A stretch of 64,000 bases of DNA, taken from assembly GCA_002269645.1 (NCBI GenBank), contig NIVC01000226.1:1-64000 (forward strand). Direction: 5' to 3'. The DNA comes from Macrostomum lignano (lineage: Eukaryota). Each line of letters opens with the position of its first letter. The stretch's first letter is position 1. Below the pieces are notes generated by a model that ran no database searches, was not told the origin of the DNA, and was given only the letters and a program-made list of their open reading frames with translations. A program made the translations under genes and the position numbers. Shown here piece after piece: positions 26,053 through 38,100 of this stretch.

Positions 26053-28061
26053 ATGACGTCATCGAATTCCGCCTCCGCTTTCGCTAGCATCGACTTGGAC
26101 TCTCTGCTGGATGAAGGCGGCTCTGCTAGCTTTCAGAGCGCTTTGCGACAGTCTGACCTGCTGTTTGGCGATATTGAGCACAGTGAGATGGCCCTGGACT
26201 TGCGCACTGCGGCTAGGAAGAAGGTGAGACAGACAGTAGGAAAGATTCACCAACTCACCTCTAGAATCGCCCTCGAATCATCTCTAGAATCGCCCCAACT
26301 CCCGTCTAGAGTCGCCCCAACTCACCTCTAGAATCCCCCAACTCACATCTAGAATCGCCCAAACTCAACCCTAGAATCGCCCCAACTCACCTCTAGAATC
26401 GCCTCCAACTCACCTCCAGAATCGCCCCAAAATCACCCCCAGAATCGCCCCAAAATCATCCCCAGAATCGCCCAAAATCATTTCCAGTATCGCCCCAAAA
26501 TCACCTCCAGAATCGCCCCAAGCCCCCAGAATCGCCCCAAAATAATTTCCAAAATCGCCCCAAAATAATTTTCAAAATCGCCCCAAAATCATTTCCAGAA
26601 TCGCCCCAAAATCACCTCCAGAATCGCCCCAAAATCACCCCCAGAATCGCCCCAAAATAATTTCCAGAATCGCCCCGAAATAATTTCCAGAATCGCCCCA
26701 AAATCACCTCCAGAATCGCCCCAAAATTACCCCCAGAATCGCCCCAAAATAATTTCCAGAATCGCCCCGAAATCACCCCCAGAATCGCCCTAAAATCACC
26801 CTAGAATCGCCCCAAAATCACCTCTAGAATCGCCCCAAAATCACCTCTAGAATCGCCCCAAAATCACTTCTAGAATCGCCCCAAAATCACCTCTAGAATC
26901 GCCCCAAAATCACCTCTAGAATCGCCCCAAAATCACCTCTAGAATCGCCCCAAAATCACTTCTAGAATCGCCCCAAAATCACCTCTACAATCGCCCCAAA
27001 ATCACCCCCAGAATCGCCCAAAAATCACCCCCAGAATCGCCCCAAAATAATTTCCAGAATCGCCCCGAAATCACCCCCAGAATCGCCCTAAAATCACCCT
27101 AGAATCGCCCCAAAATCACCTCTAGAATCACCCCAAAATCACCTCTAGAATCGCCCCAAAATCACTTCTAGAATCGCCCCAAAATCACCTCTAGAATCGC
27201 CCCAAAATCACCTCTAGAATCGCCCCAAAATCACCTCTAGAATCGCCCCAAAATCACTTCTAGAATCGCCCCAAAATCACCTCTAGAATCGCCCCAAAAT
27301 CACCTCTAGAATCGCCCCAAAATCACCTCTAGAATCGCCCCAAAATCACCCCCAGAATCGCCCCAAAATCACCCCCAGAATCGCCCCAAAATCACCCCCA
27401 GAATCGCCCTAAAATTACCCCAGACTCGCCCCCAAACCCGCAGTCTGAGCAGGTCAGCGGCGTGTTTCGCTCCCAGAAGCGGTGCCCGCAACCGACACGG
27501 AGGTGCCGCAGGCTGCGGGACTCAATCGAGCAGCTCAGCCTGTCCTTGGCCAATGAGGTCGGCCAGTCAGCTCTCTGCCTGTTGGTCACCCTGCGCTGTC
27601 GGCTGGCCGGCCAGCACTGCCTGTCGATTCCAATCTCCAGCTTATGCCGGGTGGCCTCTAGCGGCTGCCAGCTGGACATTCACCTGCAGGAGCATCAGCC
27701 TCCGCGAGACTCCGCCCTGGCCGCTACCCCCATCGCGTGTATCGAATGCGATTTGAAATTCGATCGGGCAGATGCAGCCGTCTCGCATTTCCAGCGACTG
27801 ACCAGTTCGGGCGGCAGGCACCAGCGCTACCGGGTGCTGCTGCTGTGCGGTCAGGCTGGCTGTGGGAAACTGTTCACCAACTACACCAGTAGGATTGCTC
27901 ACCGGAGCAGGGTGCACGGCATTGTGTGCCACGACAGGGTGGCCGTGGCCAAGTGTGTGGTTGGGCCAAACAGCCGGCTCTACCAGTTGATTGGTAGGCA
28001 GCTGGTAGACTGCGGTGCCTATAGGGACAACGGCGAGCTGCCCGGACCTGCGGTTGTTTAA
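26053..28061 (+). CDS. Uncharacterised C2H2-type zinc-finger protein, 2 exons, ~259 aa
   Basis: Exons 26053-26223 (AAG|GTGAGA) and 27453-28061 (CAG|GTC), phase 0. Fingers CIECDLKF..SHFQRL..H and CGQAGCGKLF..AHRSRVH. Confidence 0.7.
26255..27420. repeat. ~23-bp minisatellite (CTCTAGAATCGCCCCAAAATCAC); related block at 28365-28580
   Basis: Tandem units filling the zinc-finger gene intron. Confidence 0.95.
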
Positions 28062-29124
28062 TCTTGCGACTTTTGGCGCGAAGTTTTGTGCCAAGCTTTT
28101 GCAATTTTTTAATATTTTTATCGCAAATCTCCCAGAGCTGCATTTGTTTTATTTTAAACAATTTTTTCAGCATTTTCCTATTTAAAACGCTTTTTGAATC
28201 TTTTATAAAATATTTGTTACTTGTATAATCACCTTTCAGATCTATCTGATCTTGGAATTCTCGTCATCAAATTAAATTCTCTAAAAGTCGCGTCCAAAAT
28301 CATCTATAAATGCAGTAGATAATGCGACCAGACATTGTTTTTAAAATTCGCCACAACGAGCCTCTAGAATCGCATCCCAACTCACCTCTAGAATCGCCCC
28401 CAACTCACCTCTAGAATCGCCCCAACTCACCTCCAGAATCGCCCCAACTCACCTCTAGAATCGCCCAAACTCACCTCTAGAATCGCCCCCAAGCACGTCT
28501 AGAATCGCCCGAAATCATCTTTAAAATCGCCCTAACTTACCTTGAGAATCGCCCCTAACTCACCTTGAGAATCGCTTTTAGAATCTCTTTGAGCACAGTC
28601 AAATTACCTGAATATATGTAATCACATCTTATCGAAAAATATAAGTTATACTATTATTACTTTTATAAGCGTTTCAGAGTCTATTAAGTTTACAAACGAT
28701 CTGAAGCTTCATACTCGTATGCACTCCAAGTTTTTATTTACCAGTTTTAACCTGTGCACTTTATAACAGCCTCGCTTGCGCATTAACACTCTTTCTACAT
28801 AACACTAACTCGCGTTTCCAGTCTGATTGCATTTCTTTTTCAGCATTTTTAATAAGCGAATCTGCGTTTTGATCATCGATTAAGATTTTTTAATATCTGT
28901 TTTACACTACGAGCTACTACTTGTAAGTAGAGTAGTTTGCAACAGGGCGGAGCAAATTTAGTTAGCAGTAATTTAAAAAAGCTAATTATAAACATTAAAA
29001 GTTTTTGTCTTACCGACAATTTTGAGTTTTAAATGTTGTGTCAATGTTTTTTGCCTTAGTTATTTTTTACGGTTTTAAGAGAAGATCAACTATAAGAGAA
29101 TATTGTTGAGCTCTGCATTGTCTA

Positions 29125-29152
29125 AATAAAGATTTACTGTGCTCATTCTCAG
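29125..29152 (+). promoter_or_regulatory. AATAAA followed 20 nt later by a splice acceptor (candidate trans-splice site of DPH7)
   Basis: AATAAA at 29125-29130; CTCATTCTCAG| at 29152; in-frame stop at 29123 with no ATG before the exon. Confidence 0.6.
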
Positions 29153-32100
29153 CGACTCATTGACAAATTCGACACAGGCCTGGAGGCCGATAGTGCAGAG
29201 TTCTGCCCAGCGAGTGTCGAAAGTCAGACGCCGAGGTTTTTGGCCTGCGGATGCTATCGGTACGATGAACCGGTAGGGAGCTGCGCTTTCATCTTCACGA
29301 TTGTAGATTTGATACTGATAGTGGTAGATTTGATACTGATAGTGGTAGATTTGATACTGATAGTGGTAGATTTGATACTGATAGTGGTAGATTTGATACT
29401 GATAGTGGTAGATTTGATAATGATAGTGGTAGATTTGATACTGATAGTGGTAGATTTGATACTGATAGTGGTAAATTTGATACTGATAGTGGTAGATTTG
29501 ATACTGATAGTGGTAGATTTGATACTGATAGTGGTAGATTTGATACTGATAGTAGTAGATTTGATACTGATAGTGGTAAATTTGATACTGATAGTGGTAG
29601 ATTTGATACTGATAGTGGTAGATTTGATACTGATAGTGGTAGATTTGATACTGATAGTGGTAGATTTGATACTGATAGTGGTAGATTTGATACTGATAGT
29701 GGTAGATTTGATACTGATAGTGGTAGATTTGATACTGATAGTGGTAAATTTGATACTGATAGTGGTAGATTTGATACTGATAGTGGTAGATTTGATACTG
29801 ATAGTGGTAGATTTGATACTGATAGTGGTAGATTTGATACTGATAGTGGTAGATTTGATACTGATAGTGGTAAATTTGATACTGATAGTGGTAGATTTGA
29901 TACTGATAGTGGTAGATTTGATACTGATAGTGGTAAATTTGATACTGATAGTGGTAGATTTGATACTGATAGTGGTAGATTTGATACTGATAGTGGTAAA
30001 TTTGATACTGATAGTGGTAAATTTGATACTGATAGTGGTAAATTTGATACTGATAGTGGTAGATTTGATACTGATAGTGGTAGATTTGATACTGATAGTG
30101 GTAGATTTGATACTGATAGTGGTAGATTTGATACTGATAGTGGTAGATTTGATACTGATAGTGGTAGATTTGATACGGATAGTGGTAGATTTGATACTGA
30201 TAGTAGTAGATTTGATACTTTAGATGGTAGATTTGATACTGATAGTGGTAGATTTGATACTGATAGTGGTAGATTTGATACTGATAGTGGTAGATTTGAT
30301 ACTGATAGTGGTAGATTTGATACTGATAGTGGTAAATTTGATACTGATAGTGGTAGATTTGATACTGATAGTGGTAGATTTGATACTGATAGTGGTAGAT
30401 TTGATACTGATAGTGGTAAATTTGATACTGATAGTAGTAGATTTGATACTTTAGATGGTAGATTTGATACTTGAGATGGTAGATTAAACCCTTGAAATGG
30501 TAGATTTGATTCTTGACATTGTGTAGATTTGATTTTTAAAATGGTAGATTTGATTTTTGAAATATTAGATTTGACTAGCAATCTTCGCCCCCCGATGGGG
30601 GACATCTGGATAGAATCTCTGTTCTCTACAATTAACAAAAAGACAGCCAAAAAATCCTTCACAAAAGCAACAGACAAACTGCTAAAATGAAGTGAATTGC
30701 AATAAGAAATCTTCCCAAGACCACAAGCATCCCCCAGATAGCAAGCATCCTCCAGATAGCAAGCATTCTCCCAGATAGCAAGCATTTCCCAGATAGCAAG
30801 CATCCCCAAGATAGCAAGCATCCTCCAGATAGCAAGCATCCCCCAGATAGCAAGCATCCCCCAGATAGCAAGCATCCCCCAGATAGCAAACATCCCCCAG
30901 ATAGCAAGCATTCCCCAGATAGCAAGCATTCCGCAGATAGCAAGCATCCCCAGATAGCAAGCATCCCCAAGATAGCAAGCATCCCTCAGATAGCAAGCAT
31001 ACCCCAAGATAGCAAGCATCCCTCAGATAGCAAGCATACCCCAGATAGCAAGCATCCCCCAGATAGCAAGCATCACTCAGATAGCAAGCATCCCTCAGAT
31101 AGCAAGCATCCCCCAGATAGCAAGCATCCCCCAGATAGCAAGCATTCCCCAGATAGCAAGCATTCCCCAGATAGCAAGCATCCCCAGAAAGCAAGCATCC
31201 TCCAAATAGCAAGCATCCCCAAGATAGATAGCATCCCCAAATAGCAACCATCCACCAGACAATAAGTAGCTAGAGCGACAATTTCCTTAGCTTTATAGTG
31301 GCTCCTTTAAATTGGCATGGCGCTTTATACCTTTACATTTGAAATTGGATATCTTGAATGTTTGACATGGTGGCTATTTTATGTTTGACATAGTGGCTCT
31401 TCTATGTTTGACATGGTGGCTCTTTTATGTTTGACATAGTGGCTCTTTTATGTTCGACATGGTGGCTCTTCTATGTTTGACATGGTGGCTTTTTTAGGTT
31501 TGACATGGTGGCTCTTTTATGTTTGACATGTTGACTTTTTTATGTTCGACACGGTGGCTTTTTAATGTTCGACATGGTGGCTCTTTTAGGTTTGAACCGG
31601 TGGCTCTTTAATGTTTGACATGGTGGCTCTTTAATGTTCGACATGGTGGCTCTTTTATGTTCGACATGGTGGCTCTTTAATGTTTGACATGGTGGCCCTT
31701 TAATGGTTAACATGGCGGCTCTTTAATTTTCGAAATGGTGGCTCCTTAATTTTCGAAATGGTGGCTGTTTTATGTTTGACATGGTGGCTCTTTAATGTTC
31801 GACATGGTGGCTCTTTAATGTTTGACATGGTGGCCCTTTAATGGTTAACATGGCGGCTCTTTAATTTTCGAAATGGTGGCTCCTTAATTTTCGAAATGGT
31901 GGCTGTTTTATGTTTGACATGGTGGCTCTTTAATGTTCGACATGGTGGCTCTTTAATGTTTGACATGGTGTCTGTTTTATGTTTGATATGGTGGCTCTTT
32001 AATGTTCGACATGGTGGCTCTTTAATGTTTGACATGGTAACTCTTTTATGTTTGATATTGTGGCTCTTTAATGTTCGACATGGTGGCTCTTTAATGTTCG

Positions 32101-35100
32101 ACATGGTGGCTCTTCTATGTTTGACATGGTGGCTCTTTAATGTTTGACATGGTGGCTCTATTATGTTTGACATGGTGGCTCTTCTATGTTTGACATGGTG
32201 GCTTTTTTAGGTTTGACATGGTGGCTCTTTTATGTTTGACATGTTGGCTTTTTAATGTTTGACATGGTGGCTTTTTAATGTTCGACATGGTGGCTCCTTT
32301 AGGTTTGAAATGGTGGCTCTTTAATATTTGACAAGGTGGCTCTTTAATGTTCGACATGGTGGCTCTTTTAGGTTTGAACCGGTGGCTCTTTAATGTTTGA
32401 CATGGTGTCTGTTTTATGTTTGACATGGTGGCTCTTTAATGTTCGACATGGTGGCTCTTTAATGTTCGACATGGTGGCTCTTTAATTTTTAACATGGTGA
32501 CTCTTTTATGTTCGACATGGTGGCTCCTTAAGGTTTGAAATATTGGCTCTTTAATGTTTAACATGGTGGCTTTTCTATGTTCGACATGGTGGCTTTTCTA
32601 TGTTCGACATGGTGGCTCTTGTATGTTCGACAGGGTCGCTCTTTTAGGTTTGAAATGGTGGCTCTTTAATATTTGACAAGGTGGCCCTTTAATGTTTAAC
32701 ATAGCGGCTCTTAAATTTTCGAAATGGTGGCTCCTTAATTTTCGAAATGGTGGCTGTTTTAGGTTTGACATGGTGGCTCTTTAATTTTTAACATGGTGGC
32801 TCTTTTAGGTTTGAAACGGTGGCTCTTTAATGTTTGACATGGTGGCTTTTCTATGTTCGACATGGTGGCTCTTGTATGTTCGACATGGTGGCTTCTTTAG
32901 GTTTGAAATGGTGGCTCTTTAATATTTGACAAGGTGGCTCTTTAATGTTCGACATGGTGGCTCTTTAATGTTTGACATGGTGGCTCTTTTAGGTTTGAAA
33001 TGGTAGGTCTTTAATGCTTGACAATGTGGCTCTTTAATGTTTGACATGGTGGCTCTTTAATGTTCGACATGGTGGCTCTTTAATGTTTGACATGGTAACT
33101 CTTTTATGTTTAATATGGTGGCTCTTTTATGTTCGACATGGTGGCTCTTTAATGTTTGACATGGTGGCTATTGAATGTTTGACATGGTAACTATTTTAGG
33201 TTTGAAATGGTGGGTCTTTAATGCTTGACAATGTGGCTCTTTAATGTTTGACATGGTGGCTATTGAATGTTCGACATGGTTGCTCTTTAATGTTCGACAT
33301 GGTGGCTCTTTAATGTTTGACATGGTAACTCTTTTATGTTTGATATGGTGGCTCTTTTATGTTCGACATGGTGGCTCTTTAATTTTCGACATGGTGGCTC
33401 CTTTAGGTTTGAAATGGTGGCTCTTTAATGTTTGACATGGTGGCTCTTCTATGTTCGACATGGTGGCTCTTTAATGTTCGACATGGTGGCTCTTTAATTT
33501 TTAACATGGTGACTCTTTTATGTTCGACATGGTGGCTCCTTAAGGTTTGAAATATTGGCTCTTTAATGTTTAACATGGTGGCTTTTCTATGTTCGACATG
33601 GTGGCTTTTCTATGTTCGACATGGTGGCTCTTGTATGTTCGACATGGTGGCTCTTTTAATGGTCGACATGGTGGCTCTTTAATGTTCTTCATGTTGGCTC
33701 TTTTATGTTTGACATGGTGGCTTTTTTATGTTTGACATGGTGGCTCTTTTATGTTCTACATAGCTGCTCTTTTATGTTCGACATTGTGGCTCTTGTATGT
33801 TCGACAGGGTCGCTCTTTTAGGTTTGAAATGGTGGCTCTTTAATATTTGACAAGGTGGCCCTTTAATGTTTAACATGGCGGCTCTTAAATTTTCGAAATG
33901 GTGGCTGTTTTATATTTGACATGGTGGCTCTTTAATGTTCGACATGGTGGCTCTTTAATGTTCTTAATGGTGTCTGTTTTATGTTTGACATGGTTGCTCT
34001 TTTATGTTCGACATGGTGGCTCTTTAATTTTTAACATGGTAACTCTTTTATGTTTGATATGGTGGCTCTTTTATGTTCGACATGGTGGCTCTTGTATGTT
34101 CGACATGGTGGCTTCTTTAGGTTTGAAATGGTGGCTCTTTAATATTTGACAAGGTGGCTCTTTAATGTTCGACATGGTGGCTCTTTTAGGTTTGAAATGG
34201 TGGGTCTTTAATGCTTGACAATGTGGCTCTTTAATGTTTGACATGGTGGCTCTTTAATGTTCGACATGGTGGCTCTTTAATGTTTGACATGGTAACTCTT
34301 TTATGTTTGATATGGTGGCTCTTTTATGTTCGACATGGTGGCTCTTTAATGTTTGACATGGTGGCTCTTTAATGTTTGACATGGTAACTCTTTTATGTTT
34401 GATATGGTGGCTCTTTTATGTTCGACATGGTGGCTCTTGTATGTTCGACATGGTGGCTTCTTTAGGTTTGAAATGGTGGCTCTTTAATATTTGACAAGGT
34501 GGCTCTTTAATGTTTGACATGGTGGCTCTTTAATGTTTGACATGGTGGCTCTTTTAGGTTTGAAATGGTGGCTTTTTAATGTTTGACAATGTGGCTCTTT
34601 AATGTTTGACATGGTGGCTTTTTAATGTTCGACATGGTGGCTCTTTTAGGTTTGAACCGGTGGCTCTTTAATGTTTGACATGGTGGCTCTTTAATGTTTG
34701 ACATGGTGTCCGTTTTATGTTTGACATGGTGGCTCTTTAATGTTCGACATGGTGGCTCTTTTAGGTTTGAACCGGTGGCTCTTTAATGTTTGACATGGTG
34801 GCTCTTTAATGTTTGAAATGGTGGCTCTTTAATGTTCGACATGGTGGCTCTTTAATTTTTAACATGGTGACTCTTTTATGTTCGACATGGTGGCTCCTTT
34901 AGGTTTGAAATATTGGCTCTTTAATGTTTAACATGGTGGCTTTTCTATGTTCGACATGGTGGCTTTTCTATGTTCGACATGGTGGCTCTTGTATGTTCGA
35001 CATGGTGGCTCTTTTATGTTCGACATGGTGGCTCTTGTATGTTCGACAGGGTCGCTCTTTTAGGTTTGAAATGGTGGCTCTTTAAAATTTGACAAGGTGG

Positions 35101-38100
35101 CCCTTTAATGTTTAACATAGCGGCTCTTAAATTTTCGAAATGGTGGCTCCTTAATTTTCGAAATGGTGGCTGTTTTAGGTTTGACATGGTGGCTCTTTAA
35201 TGTTCTTAATGGTGTCTGTTTTATGTTTGACATGGTGGCTCTTTAATTTTTAACATGGTGGCTCTTTTAGGTTTGAAACGGTGGCTCTTTAATGTTTGAC
35301 ATGGTGGCTTTTCTATGTTCGACATGGTGGCTCTTGTATGTTCGACATGGTGGCTTCTTTAGGTTTGAAATGGTGGCTCTTTAATATTTGACAAGGTGGC
35401 TCTTTAATGTTCGACATGGTGGCTCTTTAATGTTTGACATGGTGGCTCTTTTAGGTTTTAAATGGTGGGTCTTTAATGCTTGACAATGTGGCTCTTTAAT
35501 GTTTGACATGGTGGCTCTTTAATGTTCGACATGGTGGCTCTTTAATGTTTGACATGGTAACTCTTTTATGTTTAATATGGTGGCTCTTTTATGTTCGACA
35601 TGGTGGCTCTTTAATGTTTGACATGGTGGCTTTTGAATGTTTGACATGGTAACTATTTTAGGTTTGAAATGGTGGGTCTTTAATGCTTGACAATGTGGCT
35701 CTTTAATTTTCGACATGGTGGCTCCTTTAGGTTTGAAATGGTGGCTCTTTAATGTTTGACATGGTGGCTCTTCTATGTTCGACATGGTGGCTCTTTAATG
35801 TTCGACATGGTGGCTCTTTAATTTTTAACATGGTAACTCTTTTATGTTCGATATGGTGGCTCTTTTATGTTCGACATGGTGGTTCTTTAATGTTCGACAT
35901 GGTGGCTCCTTTAGGTTTGACATGGTGGCTCTTCTATTGCGCTTTTTTTATGTTTAGCAGTTTTTTTGTTTTTAAGGTGTTTTAATAAAAAAATTATTTT
36001 GCGCTTCTAAGATTCGAACCCAGGTCGCTACATTAGCATTCCAGTCTGTTCGCATCAGGGCTATCTCTTTTCAATTGGAGAACATGAATTGTGGCCTTTA
36101 TAATTCAATTCTTACAGCAAGTCAATTGGAGTAAAAAGTTATGACATAATCAATTTCTCAGTCAGCCAGTATCAGTCTCACTTCGAGTTAGCAATATGGT
36201 TACGCAATTTCAATCAAGTCGTGTGTGCATTTCTTCGGCACTGTTTTCAACTTGTTGTGATGCAATCTTTATCAGAATTGAAATTCAGTCAGTCAGTTTT
36301 TTCTCTAGCATTCTTACAATGCATTTCAAGTCGAAAATTTGGCTTGACCTTTGCAAAAAGCGTGTTTTTCGAATATTTAATCCCTTTAACATTGAGCAAT
36401 TTCTTAGCCAAGATGCATGTACTGTGCCAGGAAAATTTCTGATCGAATGATGCAAGTTTGAAGAAAATCGGTTGAGCCGTTTTTTCTGAAATCAATCGCA
36501 TACCCATATACATACATACATACAGACAACTCATTTTTAGTATATAGGACTAGCCATTTAGCCCCCCTCCGGGTGGCTTCTTAGCAGTTTAGCGCTTGTC
36601 TATAAGCAGTTTTGCACAGTCGCTGAGCAAATCTCACTAATCTCTGAGAAGTTCTGCAGTAGCAAATCTCTAAGCAGTTGTACACCAATTTTACTGAGAC
36701 TAAAAAGTTCTAAAAAGTTACATTTCTTAATGTTTGAAACTTTGCAATGTCAATTCATTTATAGTTCTTTTATAATTATTCGTTATTTTCAAATTCTTAC
36801 CAGATTAGCACTATTCTCCCATATTAGCCCTACACCCCCAGATTAGCCCCACTTCCCCCAGATTAGCACTACTCCTCCCATATTAGCCGCACACCCCCAG
36901 ATTAGCCCCACTCTCCCGAGATTAGCACTACGCCTAGATTAGCACTGCGCCCAGATTAGCACTCAGCCCAGATTAGCACTCAGCCCAGATTAGCACTCAG
37001 CCCAGATTAGCACTCAGCCCAGATTAGCACTCAGCCCAGATTAGCACTCAGCCCAGATTAGCACTCAGCCTAGATTAGCACTCAGCCTAGATTAGCACTC
37101 AGCCTAGATTAGCATTCAGCCCAGATTAGCACTCAGCCTAGATTAGCACTCAGCCCAGATTAGCACTCAGCCTAGATTAGCACTCAGCCCAGATTAGCAC
37201 TCAGCCTAGATTAGCACCGCTCCACAGATTACCGCCGCTTCCCAGATAGTTTTACCTTCCCAGATTTGCACTACTTCTCCAGATTTGCACCACTCCGCAA
37301 AAATTCGCACCGCTACTTCCTCCAGATTAGCCCCAATCCCCCAGATTAGCCCAATCCCCCAGATTAGCCCCAATCCCCCAGATTAGCCCCAATCCCCCAG
37401 ATTAGCCCCCCCCCACTCCTTTATATTGGCCCCACTCCCTTAGATAGCACCGCTCCCCAGATTAGCACCACTCCCAAACTGCTAAAAGGTGACTACTATT
37501 ATCGCCTCAGAAGTTTAAAGTTAAACCCTCCCCAGAAATTGGCAGTTATCCCCACAACAACCTGAAATTATCCCTTCTAATTCCGCAAAACAGACTGCAG
37601 TCATACAACTCATTTGCACTCTACAACTTTTATTATTATTATTCATTTATCCTTCAGGGACCCAGAATTGTCCCTTCTGCAAGCTACAATTATTCACAGT
37701 TAGATATCCTCCTCAGAAGTCTGCCATTATTATCCTAGCAGTCTGCAGCTATCCCCTCGGCAGTTTGCAGCTTATACGCTCATAAGTCTCGAGAAACTAA
37801 CCAACGTCAGCAGTTTGCAGTTTGTCCCCTTTGCAGTCTGCAATGATCCCTTCAACAATCTGCAGTTCCCCTCAGTAGTCTGCAGTCAATTAATTTGCAG
37901 TCAGCAAGTGTTTCCTTAATAATTCTCATTTATCCCCTCAGCAGTCTGCAGTTCTCTCAGCTGGCCCCTCAGTATTCTCAGCAAACTGCAATGATATTTT
38001 CAATGATTTAAAAATTGTCCCCCACAGACATGAACAGACATGAACCTTTTACGACGGCGCACTAATCAATTTTCGATACAATATTGGCAGTCTTGCGCAA

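Noticed and set aside
28030-29160. Zinc finger-DPH7 fusion by splicing GCG|GTTGTT to 29153
   Set aside because: The donor is weak, the zinc-finger ORF has its own stop, and DPH7 orthologs start at this position. SL addition is the simpler explanation, though the fusion is not formally excluded.
29240-31255. Long ORFs of 327-574 aa (VVDLILI / SVSNLPL / GDACYL repeats)
   Set aside because: They are translations of 21-bp and 18-bp tandem repeats inside DPH7 intron 1 and a Helitron.
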